From positions 114,985-178,984 of the forward strand of contig CAVTBV010000016.1 of NCBI GenBank assembly GCA_963733095.1: a stretch of 64,000 bases of DNA, read 5' to 3'. Numbering within the stretch: the stretch's first letter is position 1; every line of letters starts with the position of its first letter. The position numbers and the translations under genes were made by a program. This document shows positions 1 to 9,274 of the stretch, in pieces. The notes below the pieces were generated by a model. The model saw only the letters and a list, made by a program, of their open reading frames with translations. It searched no databases and was not told the origin of the DNA. Origin of the DNA: Candidatus Bathyarchaeota archaeon. Lineage in GTDB: Archaea > Thermoproteota > Bathyarchaeia > Bathyarchaeales > Bathycorpusculaceae.

Positions 1-936
1 AATTATAGAGTTTGTGTTCATCGACATACCCAATAACATGGAGTATTCTTTTACTTTCTCAATCATTTCGTTAATGACTACTGGGTTAGCGGATATGCCG
101 TTTCCAATCACCGTTATCTCTGCAACAGGGGTTTGGTGAGAGATTTCTGCATCTAACTCTGTAGCTAAGCCTCCTTTGATTAAGGTGCCTTCGCTACTTA
201 AGTCGCAATGTGCATTGCTGATTACTTTAACATCGATGTCTTTGGGTTTGTACTTGAGCGCTTTGCTATGGATGAATTTGGCGCCTGAATCTGCCAAGCC
301 AACTAGGGTTGTAACGTTGATTTCTGGAAGCAGTTTGGGGGACGAGATGATTTTGGGGTCACTTGACATTATGCCATCTGCATCAGTCACCAAGACAACT
401 TGGTCTGCATTAATACCCTGTGCCAATATAAACGCGGTTGTGTCACTTCCGCCTCTGCCCAAAGTGGTGATTTTGCCGTTTTTAGTTTTTCCGACAAACC
501 CTGCAATGACAGGAATGATTCCTGATTCGACAAACGGAAGGATACATTCTTTGATGTTTTTCTCGCATTCCCGAACGATTGGATTGGCGTTTTGGAATGA
601 GTCATCGGTGATTATTGGCCATTTGTTATCCATGGGGTCAAAGTAGCATGCGTCTACACCATTGCTCTTCAGTGCGGCGGCGAATATTCGTACGCTTGTA
701 CGTTCGCCCATCGATAGGATATCATCTAATTCATGTTTTTGCAGTTTCCCATTTGAAGTATTCTTAGCCGTGGTCATCAGGACATCGGTTGTTTTGCCCA
801 TAGCGGAAACTACTACAGCGATTTTGGTGCCTTTTTTGGCTTCGTTTACGACGGCGACGACGGCTTTGAGGAGCCTTTCATGGTCGGCAAGGCTAGAGCC
901 ACCGAATTTTACAACTATCTTTTTGTTACTCTGCAT
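1..936 (-). CDS. lysC: Aspartate kinase paralog 1 (3' end runs off the window)
   Basis: Manual translation from ATG 936 gives MQSNKKIVVKFGGSSL...VVVSAMGKTTD...LSMGERTS...TTLGRGGSDTTA...VTDADGIMSSDP. GGGGG SD lies 7 nt upstream. Absent from the ORF track because it has no stop in the window. Confidence 0.9.
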   Translation of the reverse strand, partial: MQSNKKIVVKFGGSSLADHERLLKAVVAVVNEAKKGTKIAVVVSAMGKTTDVLMTTAKNTSNGKLQKHELDDILSMGERTSVRIFAAALKSNGVDACYFDPMDNKWPIITDDSFQNANPIVRECEKNIKECILPFVESGIIPVIAGFVGKTKNGKITTLGRGGSDTTAFILAQGINADQVVLVTDADGIMSSDPKIISSPKLLPEINVTTLVGLADSGAKFIHSKALKYKPKDIDVKVISNAHCDLSSEGTLIKGGLATELDAEISHQTPVAEITVIGNGISANPVVINEMIEKVKEYSMLLGMSMNTNSII

Positions 937-955
937 GTTGGTGCCCCCGTGTTTC

Positions 956-1130
956 GCCCAGAACCGCTACCAAAAAATTTTTCAGCTCTGGGCCTAATGA
1001 AAATGGTAATAATAAAAGTAGTAGTCGAAGCTGGGAAACTGTAACGCAATGAGTCCATTTTTGTTTTCAGCATTAGACATTGCTTCGAACCTGTCCAAAC
1101 AGTCATCTGCCAAAAAATATAAGCGTTTCG
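956..1130 (-). promoter_or_regulatory. Promoter plus structured 5' leader (candidate leader-peptide attenuator) of aspartate kinase
   Basis: BRE/TATA-like CGAAACGC-TTATATTT at ~1130-1115. uORFs at 1080-994 (Tyr/Phe-rich) and 1073/1058-915 (Thr/Ile-rich). 11-bp hairpin at 993-956. Confidence 0.5.
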
Positions 1131-1555
1131 GAATAAGACTAACCAAAAGTGAGGCATCTGCAGAAAGTCGTTTTGTAATTCTAATCTTGAAAGATGCGAC
1201 AGTTAGCGGCCCATTCAAACCCTCATATTTCACAATGAAATGCTACCAAAATCCAAGTGTACACATTATAGTTCGGTTGTAACTTTGAAGAGTTAGTCCT
1301 GCCAGATGCTCTGGTTCCAATCGCCATACTCCAAATCAATTATGTGTCATTTTAGCCGATTAACTGACCTTGACTTTTTTGTTCCTTTACAGTTTGGAGG
1401 CCATGATTTTGCCAGAACAAACCTGCTGCAATTTCTATTATGATCCTGACGCAGGGCTTCGCCATTTTATTATTCGTTGTTAATTTAGGTCTTTTTAAAC
1501 GAAACACGGAAATTTGAGTTGCAGTTAGAGAACGCAAATCCGAAGTCGAAGCAAA

Positions 1556-2461
1556 TCATTTTCTGTAGAGCAAATAAACTCCAAAAACCATAGCTATCCC
1601 AGCAAAAATCTGCACGAAAGTGAACCCTTCTCTGAGAATAACGAAAGCGAAAACTGCTCCGAAAAGAGACGCTGTTGAAAAGATAATGCCAGTCCGCATA
1701 GAGCCAATTTCTTTAAGACCTACCATAAAAAACAGAATTGAGAACCCTATGCTAAATGCCCCTACAGTGATTAGGTAAGGGAAAGCTGAAAGCGGGACGT
1801 AGAAGTCTAATTTTAATGCATACACAACAAGCAGAAGGCTTACTCCACCTATTAGACATTTTAGGGCAGCTACAAGAAGCAGGTCTTCCTTTACGCATAG
1901 AAACTTGCTCAGGTTGTTGTCTATCCCCCAAAACAAACATCCGGTCAATATTAGGAGGTTACCAATAACCCATGTTTCTAATGACAACTGGTAAAATTGT
2001 CCATTGGTTGACAGAAATACGGCACCAATGACCAGCAGTGTAATTGCACCTATTTCTTTTTTATTGCACCGTTCCCTTAGAAATGAAATAGCTATTAAAA
2101 CTGTAAAGAGAGCTTCGGCGTTTTGAAGCAAAGATGCATTTAATGCAGTGGTCTGGTTAAGACCGTTAAGAAACAATACTGGAGCAATAATAGAGCCACA
2201 GAGCACCACCAAACCAAGTGTAGCTACGTCTTTTTTGCAGAATTTGGGCTCGGTCTTTGTTGGAGTTTTCAGTAGCCGCATGACATGTTTGCGAATTGGA
2301 GAGAAGCGAACTGCCGATAAAACGATTCCTGCAAAAAGATAGATTAGCCCGGCCACTACGGTTGGATTAACATTGGCTAACGCAATCTTGTTGAGTGTGG
2401 TTCCAACACCGAAAAGGAGGGCAGACCCAACAGCACTTACATAACCCCAGTGATGCGTCAT
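1556..2461 (-). CDS. EamA/DMT family transporter
   Basis: ~10 TM helices in two EamA repeats (NASLLQNAEALFT...FLRER; ASLFGAVFAFVILREG). Confidence 0.85.
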   Translation of the reverse strand: MTHHWGYVSAVGSALLFGVGTTLNKIALANVNPTVVAGLIYLFAGIVLSAVRFSPIRKHVMRLLKTPTKTEPKFCKKDVATLGLVVLCGSIIAPVLFLNGLNQTTALNASLLQNAEALFTVLIAISFLRERCNKKEIGAITLLVIGAVFLSTNGQFYQLSLETWVIGNLLILTGCLFWGIDNNLSKFLCVKEDLLLVAALKCLIGGVSLLLVVYALKLDFYVPLSAFPYLITVGAFSIGFSILFFMVGLKEIGSMRTGIIFSTASLFGAVFAFVILREGFTFVQIFAGIAMVFGVYLLYRK

Positions 2462-2466
2462 AACAA

Positions 2467-3357
2467 CTACTGCGTATCGGCGGTTTTTCGCTTTTCTCCG
2501 TCAGGAATTGAGTTATTTCTTGAATTTAGAAGTTCCAGAATTTCTTTTCTGGCTTCTCCTATAGTGAGAGGAAGTAGTTCGCCTATTGGCAGATTGTTTT
2601 CTTTTTTTAGCACTTCAAAAAGATGCGCTATTCGTGGTGAACGCAAGTTTACCTTTCTTATTAGCTCAGTATTTGAAAAGCTTGTTTTGGGGGTACCTTC
2701 GGAAACTATTTTTCCTTTGTCTAAGATGTAGATTTTATTTGCAAACAGAGGAACCATATCTACGTCGTGTGTAGCTAATAATAATGTAATTCCGTTTTCT
2801 TTGTTGAGTCGAAGGAGTAAATGCAAGATGTCGCTTGTAGCGATGGGGTCAAGGCTTGAGGTGGGCTCGTCCATTATGATAACTTCAGGCTGCATAGCAA
2901 GAACGCCTGCTAGCGCAACCCGCTTCTTCTGGCCACCACTGAGAAAATGAGGTGGTTTATCCGCGAATTCGGTCATACCAACAGTTATTAGTGCGTCATC
3001 GACGAGTTGCTTGACATGCTCAGGAGTATACCCTAGATTTAAAGGTCCAAAAGCTACATCTTGTTTTACTGAAGAAGCAAAAAGCTGATCATTCGGATCT
3101 TGAAAGACGAAGCCAACTCTCTTTCGCAGATTGAGAAGAGATTTAGCATCGTATGCCAAAGGTTTGTCTTCAAAGTATATGTTGCCGGAAGTGGGTTTTA
3201 GGATACCGTTTAAATGGTTAAGTAGAGTGGTTTTTCCAGAACCATTTGTGCCTAAGAAAGCAACTCGTTCGCCTCGAGTAAAGTTCAAAGAAACCTCATT
3301 TAGCGCCAATGTTCCGTCCGAGTATCGATGAGATAATTTGTCTAATCTAAAAATCAT
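2467..3357 (-). CDS. cbiO: ECF Co/Ni transporter ATPase
   Basis: GTNGSGKT Walker A, FQDPNDQLF, LSGGQKKRVA, DEPT. Confidence 0.92.
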   Translation of the reverse strand: MIFRLDKLSHRYSDGTLALNEVSLNFTRGERVAFLGTNGSGKTTLLNHLNGILKPTSGNIYFEDKPLAYDAKSLLNLRKRVGFVFQDPNDQLFASSVKQDVAFGPLNLGYTPEHVKQLVDDALITVGMTEFADKPPHFLSGGQKKRVALAGVLAMQPEVIIMDEPTSSLDPIATSDILHLLLRLNKENGITLLLATHDVDMVPLFANKIYILDKGKIVSEGTPKTSFSNTELIRKVNLRSPRIAHLFEVLKKENNLPIGELLPLTIGEARKEILELLNSRNNSIPDGEKRKTADTQ

Positions 3358-3360
3358 TGA

Positions 3361-4158
3361 TTATACAACTCCAACATTTATCGTTAAAAAAAGTAAGATA
3401 AAGAGTAGGACATCAAAGAGAACTATACTCCCGAGCATTATTTTTCTCGGAGAAGGAAAGTCCTCGAGAATACGAATTTCACCATCGTAACCTCGTGCAT
3501 TCATCGCTACGAGAGTTCGCTCACCCTGGTCCAGCGTTCGTATGAAAAGGCTTCCAATAAGCATAGCTAAAGATCGAATGCGACTTAGCCAACCTGAACG
3601 TCTCAGTCTTAGCTTTTGGGCGAGACTCATTTTCTCAGAGACTTCTAAAAATAAGAAGATATAACGGTATATCATCATAGACATTTCAACCATAACCTGA
3701 GGCATATGAATGCGGCGGAGCAGAACACAGAGATCAGTTATTGAAGTCGTGAGAACAAGGAAGAAAAGGCAAGAAAGGGCACCCTCGACTCTGAGAAACG
3801 TGTTTACACTAATAGAGATTCCACTTTTAAATATTGACCATGTAAACCAAGGGAGCGGGATTTCTATTAGGGGGGCTCCAGATCCAAAGAATAAAGCTAA
3901 GAAAATGCAACTAATCGTAAGCATGTAGGTTGGATAAACAAACAAATCAAGGTAAAGATGTGCCTTAACTTTTGCAAGACCTAATATCAAAATTGTACAG
4001 ATCGTGAACACTACGATAGGCACAACAAATGTTGGTGCGGAAACACTTATTGCAAGCGCGGAAAGTGCAAAAAAAGTTTTAGTTATGGGACTGCTTTTTG
4101 CTAATGCGCTGGTATAGGCAGACCTATCTATTTCAGCGTAGAGTTCAGAATGGCTCAA
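3361..4158 (-). CDS. cbiQ: ECF transporter T component
   Basis: Multi-TM protein with YRYIF and AMNARGY motifs; operon context. Confidence 0.9.
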   Translation of the reverse strand: MSHSELYAEIDRSAYTSALAKSSPITKTFFALSALAISVSAPTFVVPIVVFTICTILILGLAKVKAHLYLDLFVYPTYMLTISCIFLALFFGSGAPLIEIPLPWFTWSIFKSGISISVNTFLRVEGALSCLFFLVLTTSITDLCVLLRRIHMPQVMVEMSMMIYRYIFLFLEVSEKMSLAQKLRLRRSGWLSRIRSLAMLIGSLFIRTLDQGERTLVAMNARGYDGEIRILEDFPSPRKIMLGSIVLFDVLLFILLFLTINVGVV

Positions 4159-4357
4159 TAGGTGCTTCTCCTCTCTTTAGCAACTTTTCCAAGTCCGCGG
4201 ACTTTATTTTTCTTTCTGACTAAGCAGCCAAACATACGTCTTATCTTCTTTTGCGCTGTATCTATACTTATGTCTATACGCTCGAATAATTCCCTCAAAA
4301 AAGAGGGTTAGGTAAACCCACTTATGTTGTCGTGGATGTTTCATTTCATGTTGCAGT

Positions 4358-4870
4358 TTATTGAGGTTTTGCCCTCAAATACCCAACGAAGTAACCGATT
4401 ATTACGGCGCCAATGGCTACCTGTAATGAGAATATTACTATCTCGCCCGTGGCATCTGGTACATATCCTAGTGGTTGAATCCATGGAGTGTAGCCACTTG
4501 ATGTAATTTGGTCAGGACCTTGACCATCTGTTCCGCTGAAACTTCCGCCGGAGTTAATCACGAAAGGCAGTATGAAGATAGCTAACACAAGTCCAATGAT
4601 TATTATATACAGATACTTCTTCTTGACTTGATGTTTCGGAATGATCGCTTTGCCTGCAGCGCGGACTGATTTTAAACCCTTTCTAGTTCCAATGAAGTGC
4701 CCTATTGTTGCAGCCATGATCCCCGCTTGCACTGAGAATAACAATACCTCAGTTTCATGTGGAAGTGAAATAATTGCCCCAGACAAGGAAGTATACCCTA
4801 AAGCTATTATGTATGCGATTAGTGCGAGCGGTGACGCAATGCCCAACGTTAAGTAATATTTATACTCCAT
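4358..4870 (-). CDS. cbiN: CbiN-like cobalt transport protein, extended with a partial internal duplication
   Basis: FSGTDGQG...GYTPWIQP...EIVIFSLQVAIGAVIIGYFVG matches CbiN; lies between cbiM and cbiQ. Confidence 0.8.
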   Translation of the reverse strand: MEYKYYLTLGIASPLALIAYIIALGYTSLSGAIISLPHETEVLLFSVQAGIMAATIGHFIGTRKGLKSVRAAGKAIIPKHQVKKKYLYIIIIGLVLAIFILPFVINSGGSFSGTDGQGPDQITSSGYTPWIQPLGYVPDATGEIVIFSLQVAIGAVIIGYFVGYLRAKPQ

Positions 4871-4871
4871 T

Positions 4872-5564
4872 TTATGGTTTCACCTCTTGCTCTGTGTTTG
4901 TAATAGGGATTTTTAGTACTCCTAATCTTTGTAGGATACTATCTTTGTATTTTGACAGGAAGTTGAATATCAGAACAGCGAGAAGACCTTCAGCTATGGC
5001 TAATGGAATCTGTGTGATGGCATATATGGCAAAGAATGTTGCAAATGAAGTAAGGACGCTTCCATTAGTTGGGAATGCAAGGGCAAGTTGGAAAGCAGTA
5101 GTAACATAGGTTGCTAAGTCGGCCACGGCACAAGCGGCAAAAACGCCTATCGATGGGTTAAGTCGTGTCCTTTTAAGTAACTTCCATATGGCGAAGCCTA
5201 TTACGGGTCCGGCAATACCCATGGAAAAAACATTAGCTCCAAGAGTAGTTATGCCTCCGTGAGCCAGCAATAATGCTTGGAATACCAGAACTATCACCGA
5301 AATAGCACTTGTTATTGCAGGTCCGAAAAGAATAGCGGCAAATCCAGTGCCCGTTGGGTGCGAGCTGCTTCCGGTTACTGACGGAAGCTTAAGTGCAGAG
5401 ATTACAAAGATGAATGCGCCAACTAACGCCAAAAGCGGCTTGATTTCAGGCATCTTTTTTGTTACTTTAGTAAGCTTATAAACTCCATAAGCTACTATTG
5501 GAATTGCTATTACCCACCATATTTGCCACCATGGGGATGGCAGAAAACCTTCCATTATGTGCAT
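4872..5564 (-). CDS. cbiM: ECF S component for Co/Ni
   Basis: N-terminal MHIMEGFL, GSSSHPTG, LAHGGITTLGAN. Confidence 0.95.
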   Translation of the reverse strand: MHIMEGFLPSPWWQIWWVIAIPIVAYGVYKLTKVTKKMPEIKPLLALVGAFIFVISALKLPSVTGSSSHPTGTGFAAILFGPAITSAISVIVLVFQALLLAHGGITTLGANVFSMGIAGPVIGFAIWKLLKRTRLNPSIGVFAACAVADLATYVTTAFQLALAFPTNGSVLTSFATFFAIYAITQIPLAIAEGLLAVLIFNFLSKYKDSILQRLGVLKIPITNTEQEVKP

Positions 5565-6592
5565 TTTTTTTCTCCGTGTGCGTTTATCAACGTTTTGATT
5601 TATAAACTTTGGTTTAACTAAAGTTAATATGAGGTTGATTAACTGTGGTTGGCAACTTGCTTTGAGATAGAGACACTTTGCTACTCGAGCATTGATTATT
5701 CTTCAGACCGGGTTTTTTAGTTTAAAAACGATTTACCTAATCCATTAAGAAAAACCAAGCAACGCCAATTCTCAAGAAGCGTATTGTCCGAAAAACATAA
5801 AATTCGTCACCTGTTAATTTTCAAACATTTTTAAACCCGTTTTGAGCGTAGCTTGGTAGCTTCAAACATAGGCTAACATTTACGAAAATACTACTTAGAG
5901 ATGTTATGACATTGGGTTAGAGCGTTTCAGGGGCAGGCTTTGTTCGGATTACATTCACCAACGATGGGAGAACAGCACCTTTTTTCAAAATATTTCATGT
6001 GGAATTTAAGCTCGGGTTTAAATCTAACGTCCCACACCATTTCCAAATTCAGCCAACTATTATCGTTAATTTTAGAAGCTGGGCCTGAATTTTGTCCGAA
6101 ATAATGCTTTGCCCCTTATGAGCGGAGGTTTAAACCCACGCTAAACTTAATCAGAGCTTTGTAGGTTCCGATCCAGCTGACGTTTGTATTGGTAAATTGG
6201 GGGTCAGGATTCCCCTTCCGATGCCTTTTTACCAGTCAGTGTTATTTTGGCCTTAAGCAAAGGTCGCTGGCATTCGCAACACGAAGGGATGAACAGGATC
6301 ATTAGGTAGTTTCTAACAGTTGTCTTGCCCCAATTCAATATGAATCCCCGCCTATATTTTTTAGCCTATTTTCTGGTAAAGGGATGCGCCTACTGCATTA
6401 AACGAATGCCATTTTCAATGGATAAAATACAAACGGACCCGCTGGATTTGAATCCAGAAATCACACAGGACAGCAACTATATTCAACTTGAAAGAAGAAG
6501 GGTGGAAAATTTGCGCTTCTTCTTCTTTCAAAAGTGATCTGGGTTTCTAAAAAGTTACTTTCTCAATTCACCAGTGTTTAAGATCGAATTTG

Positions 6593-7297
6593 TTATGGCG
6601 CAATCTTGACCATTTGTGGAATTTTCCCAGCCGTTCCAACCTGCCCCTGATAGATTATGAGTACTCCTTCAACGCCTTCAATCGACAAACCCTTGCTGAT
6701 ACCCGCTTGAATCCCGGCTTTCGGGTCCTCACTTTTTACAACATTGCCAACCGCTGTAGCTGCCGCATCTGCCAAAGCAGCGTTTTTGCAGAAAACAATG
6801 GCGGCCTCGGCATCCCCAAAACTCAACGCATGACTAAAACGTCCTGAGCTTGTTGCGACGCCAATTGGGAACTCGGTGAGCCGAAAGCCGAAGCGTCTTG
6901 AGAGGGGTTCTTCGCCTGCAGCAACTGCCACGTCGATAGGTCGGTCTGACGTTGCCGATATTTCGCCGCCGTCCTCAACCACCGCCACCTCGCAACCCAC
7001 ACGCCTCATGTCTTCTACGACTAAATCAGCTATGGCCCCCGCAACCGCCGCAATTGGACCAATACCTGCCTTCTCCGCAGCCAGCGCCATTAAATTTGCA
7101 ATCAAGGGTTTTTCTGGCGCTGGAATCGGAGTTAAAGTGTACAAGAACTTGGGATTAGCCCTTACGTAGAGTTCCAATTCTTGGTAGTTGCGTTTGATTG
7201 ATTCTATTGCGGTGCGGACAGCTTGCTGCTTATCAGAAATGATTGTGCACTGGGACTCTTTATAGGTAAAGTGTTCTTTGAAAAGCTGACTGGTCAA
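6593..7297 (-). CDS. UPF0280/COG2122 ApbE-like protein (sulfide assimilation partner)
   Basis: GIGPIAAVAGAIAD, DGGEI, GVATSSG..SHALSFGDA, ADAAATAVGN. Confidence 0.85.
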   Translation of the reverse strand: MTSQLFKEHFTYKESQCTIISDKQQAVRTAIESIKRNYQELELYVRANPKFLYTLTPIPAPEKPLIANLMALAAEKAGIGPIAAVAGAIADLVVEDMRRVGCEVAVVEDGGEISATSDRPIDVAVAAGEEPLSRRFGFRLTEFPIGVATSSGRFSHALSFGDAEAAIVFCKNAALADAAATAVGNVVKSEDPKAGIQAGISKGLSIEGVEGVLIIYQGQVGTAGKIPQMVKIAP

Positions 7298-7728
7298 CGT
7301 TTCTTTTCCCTGTTAGCTGAGGTCCCGTTGTTGTTTGGCTTTATCGATTTGATGGCTCGGGCTGGGCATGCGTCAACGCAGATGCTACAGGTGCTGCCAA
7401 CGCACTTCTCTTTGTCAAACTGAACCGTGAAGTCTTTAGCTAAACTGATGGCTTCAACAGGGCAAAGCGCAATGCAGCTTCCGCAGCTGAAGCATTTGTC
7501 GCTGTCGACCTCGATTAATTTGGGCACGGTTACCGAGACGCCTCTTTGTCGGAAGGCTTTCACGACCTTTTCCAGTATGTCGTCAGGTACTTCAGCGAGG
7601 ATTTCGCCGCCCTTTGAATTAATGTGGGCTGACAAAATAGCCATTGGTACCTTGTATTCGATGATGATTTGGGATGCTATGGGCTCTGAAACTTGGTCTT
7701 CGTCAAATCTGATGAGAATTCTCGCCAT
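7294..7728 (-). CDS. NIL domain + 2x[4Fe-4S] ferredoxin (aspartate semialdehyde sulfurtransferase Fe-S subunit)
   Basis: NIL-like N-terminus; CFSCGSCIALCP and CVGSTCSICVDACP. Confidence 0.88.
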   Translation of the reverse strand: MARILIRFDEDQVSEPIASQIIIEYKVPMAILSAHINSKGGEILAEVPDDILEKVVKAFRQRGVSVTVPKLIEVDSDKCFSCGSCIALCPVEAISLAKDFTVQFDKEKCVGSTCSICVDACPARAIKSIKPNNNGTSANREKKR

Positions 7729-7732
7729 AACT

Positions 7733-9235
7733 TTACCGTCCTAACAGTTTAGATACATCTTCCGAAGTCACTATCCCAAGCACCTTCTTCTCGATGTCAA
7801 TGACAGGCAACGCGGAGATGTTGTTCTGTGCCATGCGTTTAGAAGCGATCTCCAGAGGCTCATCGGGTTTAGCGGTGACGACATTGTGGGTTTCTATTTC
7901 GGCTAATGCTGTTTTGCCTTCAGCCATAGCTCTGGTAACGTCCCAAGAGGTGACAATGCCACGCAGCTTGCCAGCTTCATCCACTACGACGATGTGGTTG
8001 ACGGATTTGGTGACGATGCGTTTTGCGATCGCTTGAATCTCTTCATCTTCAGTGCAGGTTACTGCTGGGTGCATAACGCTGACGACAAACGGGATTTCCT
8101 CTGTCTGCCGCATGGGCTTGAAAACCGTGTTTGTTGGTAGCCGTTCAACGGGTGTCGTTAAGAAAAACCTGCCCTCGTCAATCCATGACTTTAGGGTTTG
8201 AGAAACCTTCTTTGCCATCTTAAGGCTTGAGAGGGAGCTGACGCGAACTTTTTTTCCGTTGACAGTTATGGAGCCTGATTTTAGTTCTTTGTAGCTGACT
8301 TGCCCGAATTTGGGGCGGTCTCGTCGGGGGACGCTGTAGTCGACGATGTCGGTTAGGATGTCTTTGTCTTGGATTGCGGTTTTCTTGGCTAAACCCTCGT
8401 TTAGAATCGGAATCGGAACACCCAAGCCCACATACATTGTTGTGCCATAGCCAGTGAATGCGGCGCCCTGCAGAAATTCAGGAGACATCTTCTTTGCATC
8501 ACCCTTAACCATCAGCGTCCCATTGAGGTTCTTGGGGCTATGCTGTGTGCCCTCTCCGATAATGTAGCCTTGAGCGCCGCCAAGGAAGATGCGGGTCCCC
8601 ATACCCATCGTTTCGTAGTCTGGGTCATTCATGAGCGGATTGAGTTCCCCTGCACCCGAAAATGTAGCGTTTCGGAATCTGGGCAGCAGTTTGCTCATGT
8701 AGGTGTAGATGACTTCGTCGCTACTGTTTACGGCGCAGTTGTAGCGCTGGTAGCAGTTGCGGAAGTTTAAAAGGTAAAACTGATTCAAATCATCCTTTGT
8801 GAGGGTAGTTTTGACTGATGTTCTTGGATAACAATCTGTTCCATACGAGGTTGCTCGGAGTTCAACTTCATTTCCCGCGATAAGGTCTTGGATTACGTGT
8901 CCGCCGCCGTACTCAAAAGGCAAATTCTCAGACATGTGTGTCGCTCCGATAAACAAATCCACCGCCGCGCCGGGATGACAAACTTCCACGCCATTAAGCC
9001 ATGCCTTCTCAATCTTAATCGGCGGATCAGAATGACCAACGTTAACGACCGCACCAGAACTGCACATGGCTCCAAAGGTGCCAGTAGTAACGACATCAAC
9101 CTCTTTGAAGGCAACTTCGACGCCGCTGCTTTCAACCAGCTTCTTCATCTCTTCCGCCGTCAAAACTTGAGCGTCGCCCTTACGGATTTTTTCATTGATC
9201 TCTTCTATAGTACGAGTCTTAGTAAGTTTGGACAA
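7733..9235 (-). CDS. Homocysteine biosynthesis protein DUF39 + CBS pair (L-aspartate semialdehyde sulfurtransferase, MJ0100/MA1821 type)
   Basis: RTIEEINEKI, VDVVTTGTFGAMCSSG, GTDCYPR, C-terminal tandem CBS domains. Confidence 0.92.
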   Translation of the reverse strand: MSKLTKTRTIEEINEKIRKGDAQVLTAEEMKKLVESSGVEVAFKEVDVVTTGTFGAMCSSGAVVNVGHSDPPIKIEKAWLNGVEVCHPGAAVDLFIGATHMSENLPFEYGGGHVIQDLIAGNEVELRATSYGTDCYPRTSVKTTLTKDDLNQFYLLNFRNCYQRYNCAVNSSDEVIYTYMSKLLPRFRNATFSGAGELNPLMNDPDYETMGMGTRIFLGGAQGYIIGEGTQHSPKNLNGTLMVKGDAKKMSPEFLQGAAFTGYGTTMYVGLGVPIPILNEGLAKKTAIQDKDILTDIVDYSVPRRDRPKFGQVSYKELKSGSITVNGKKVRVSSLSSLKMAKKVSQTLKSWIDEGRFFLTTPVERLPTNTVFKPMRQTEEIPFVVSVMHPAVTCTEDEEIQAIAKRIVTKSVNHIVVVDEAGKLRGIVTSWDVTRAMAEGKTALAEIETHNVVTAKPDEPLEIASKRMAQNNISALPVIDIEKKVLGIVTSEDVSKLLGR

Positions 9236-9274
9236 AGAGCCTTACCTTGATGCAATCGAGAAGGCGTTCCGCAG

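Noticed and set aside
5565-6300. Cobalamin riboswitch upstream of cbiM
   Set aside because: No B12-box or conserved core recognized, and a TATA box lies only ~40 nt upstream of the ATG.
6325-6537. 70-aa ORF in the intergenic region
   Set aside because: TTG start, no recognizable motif or clear SD; cannot be supported.
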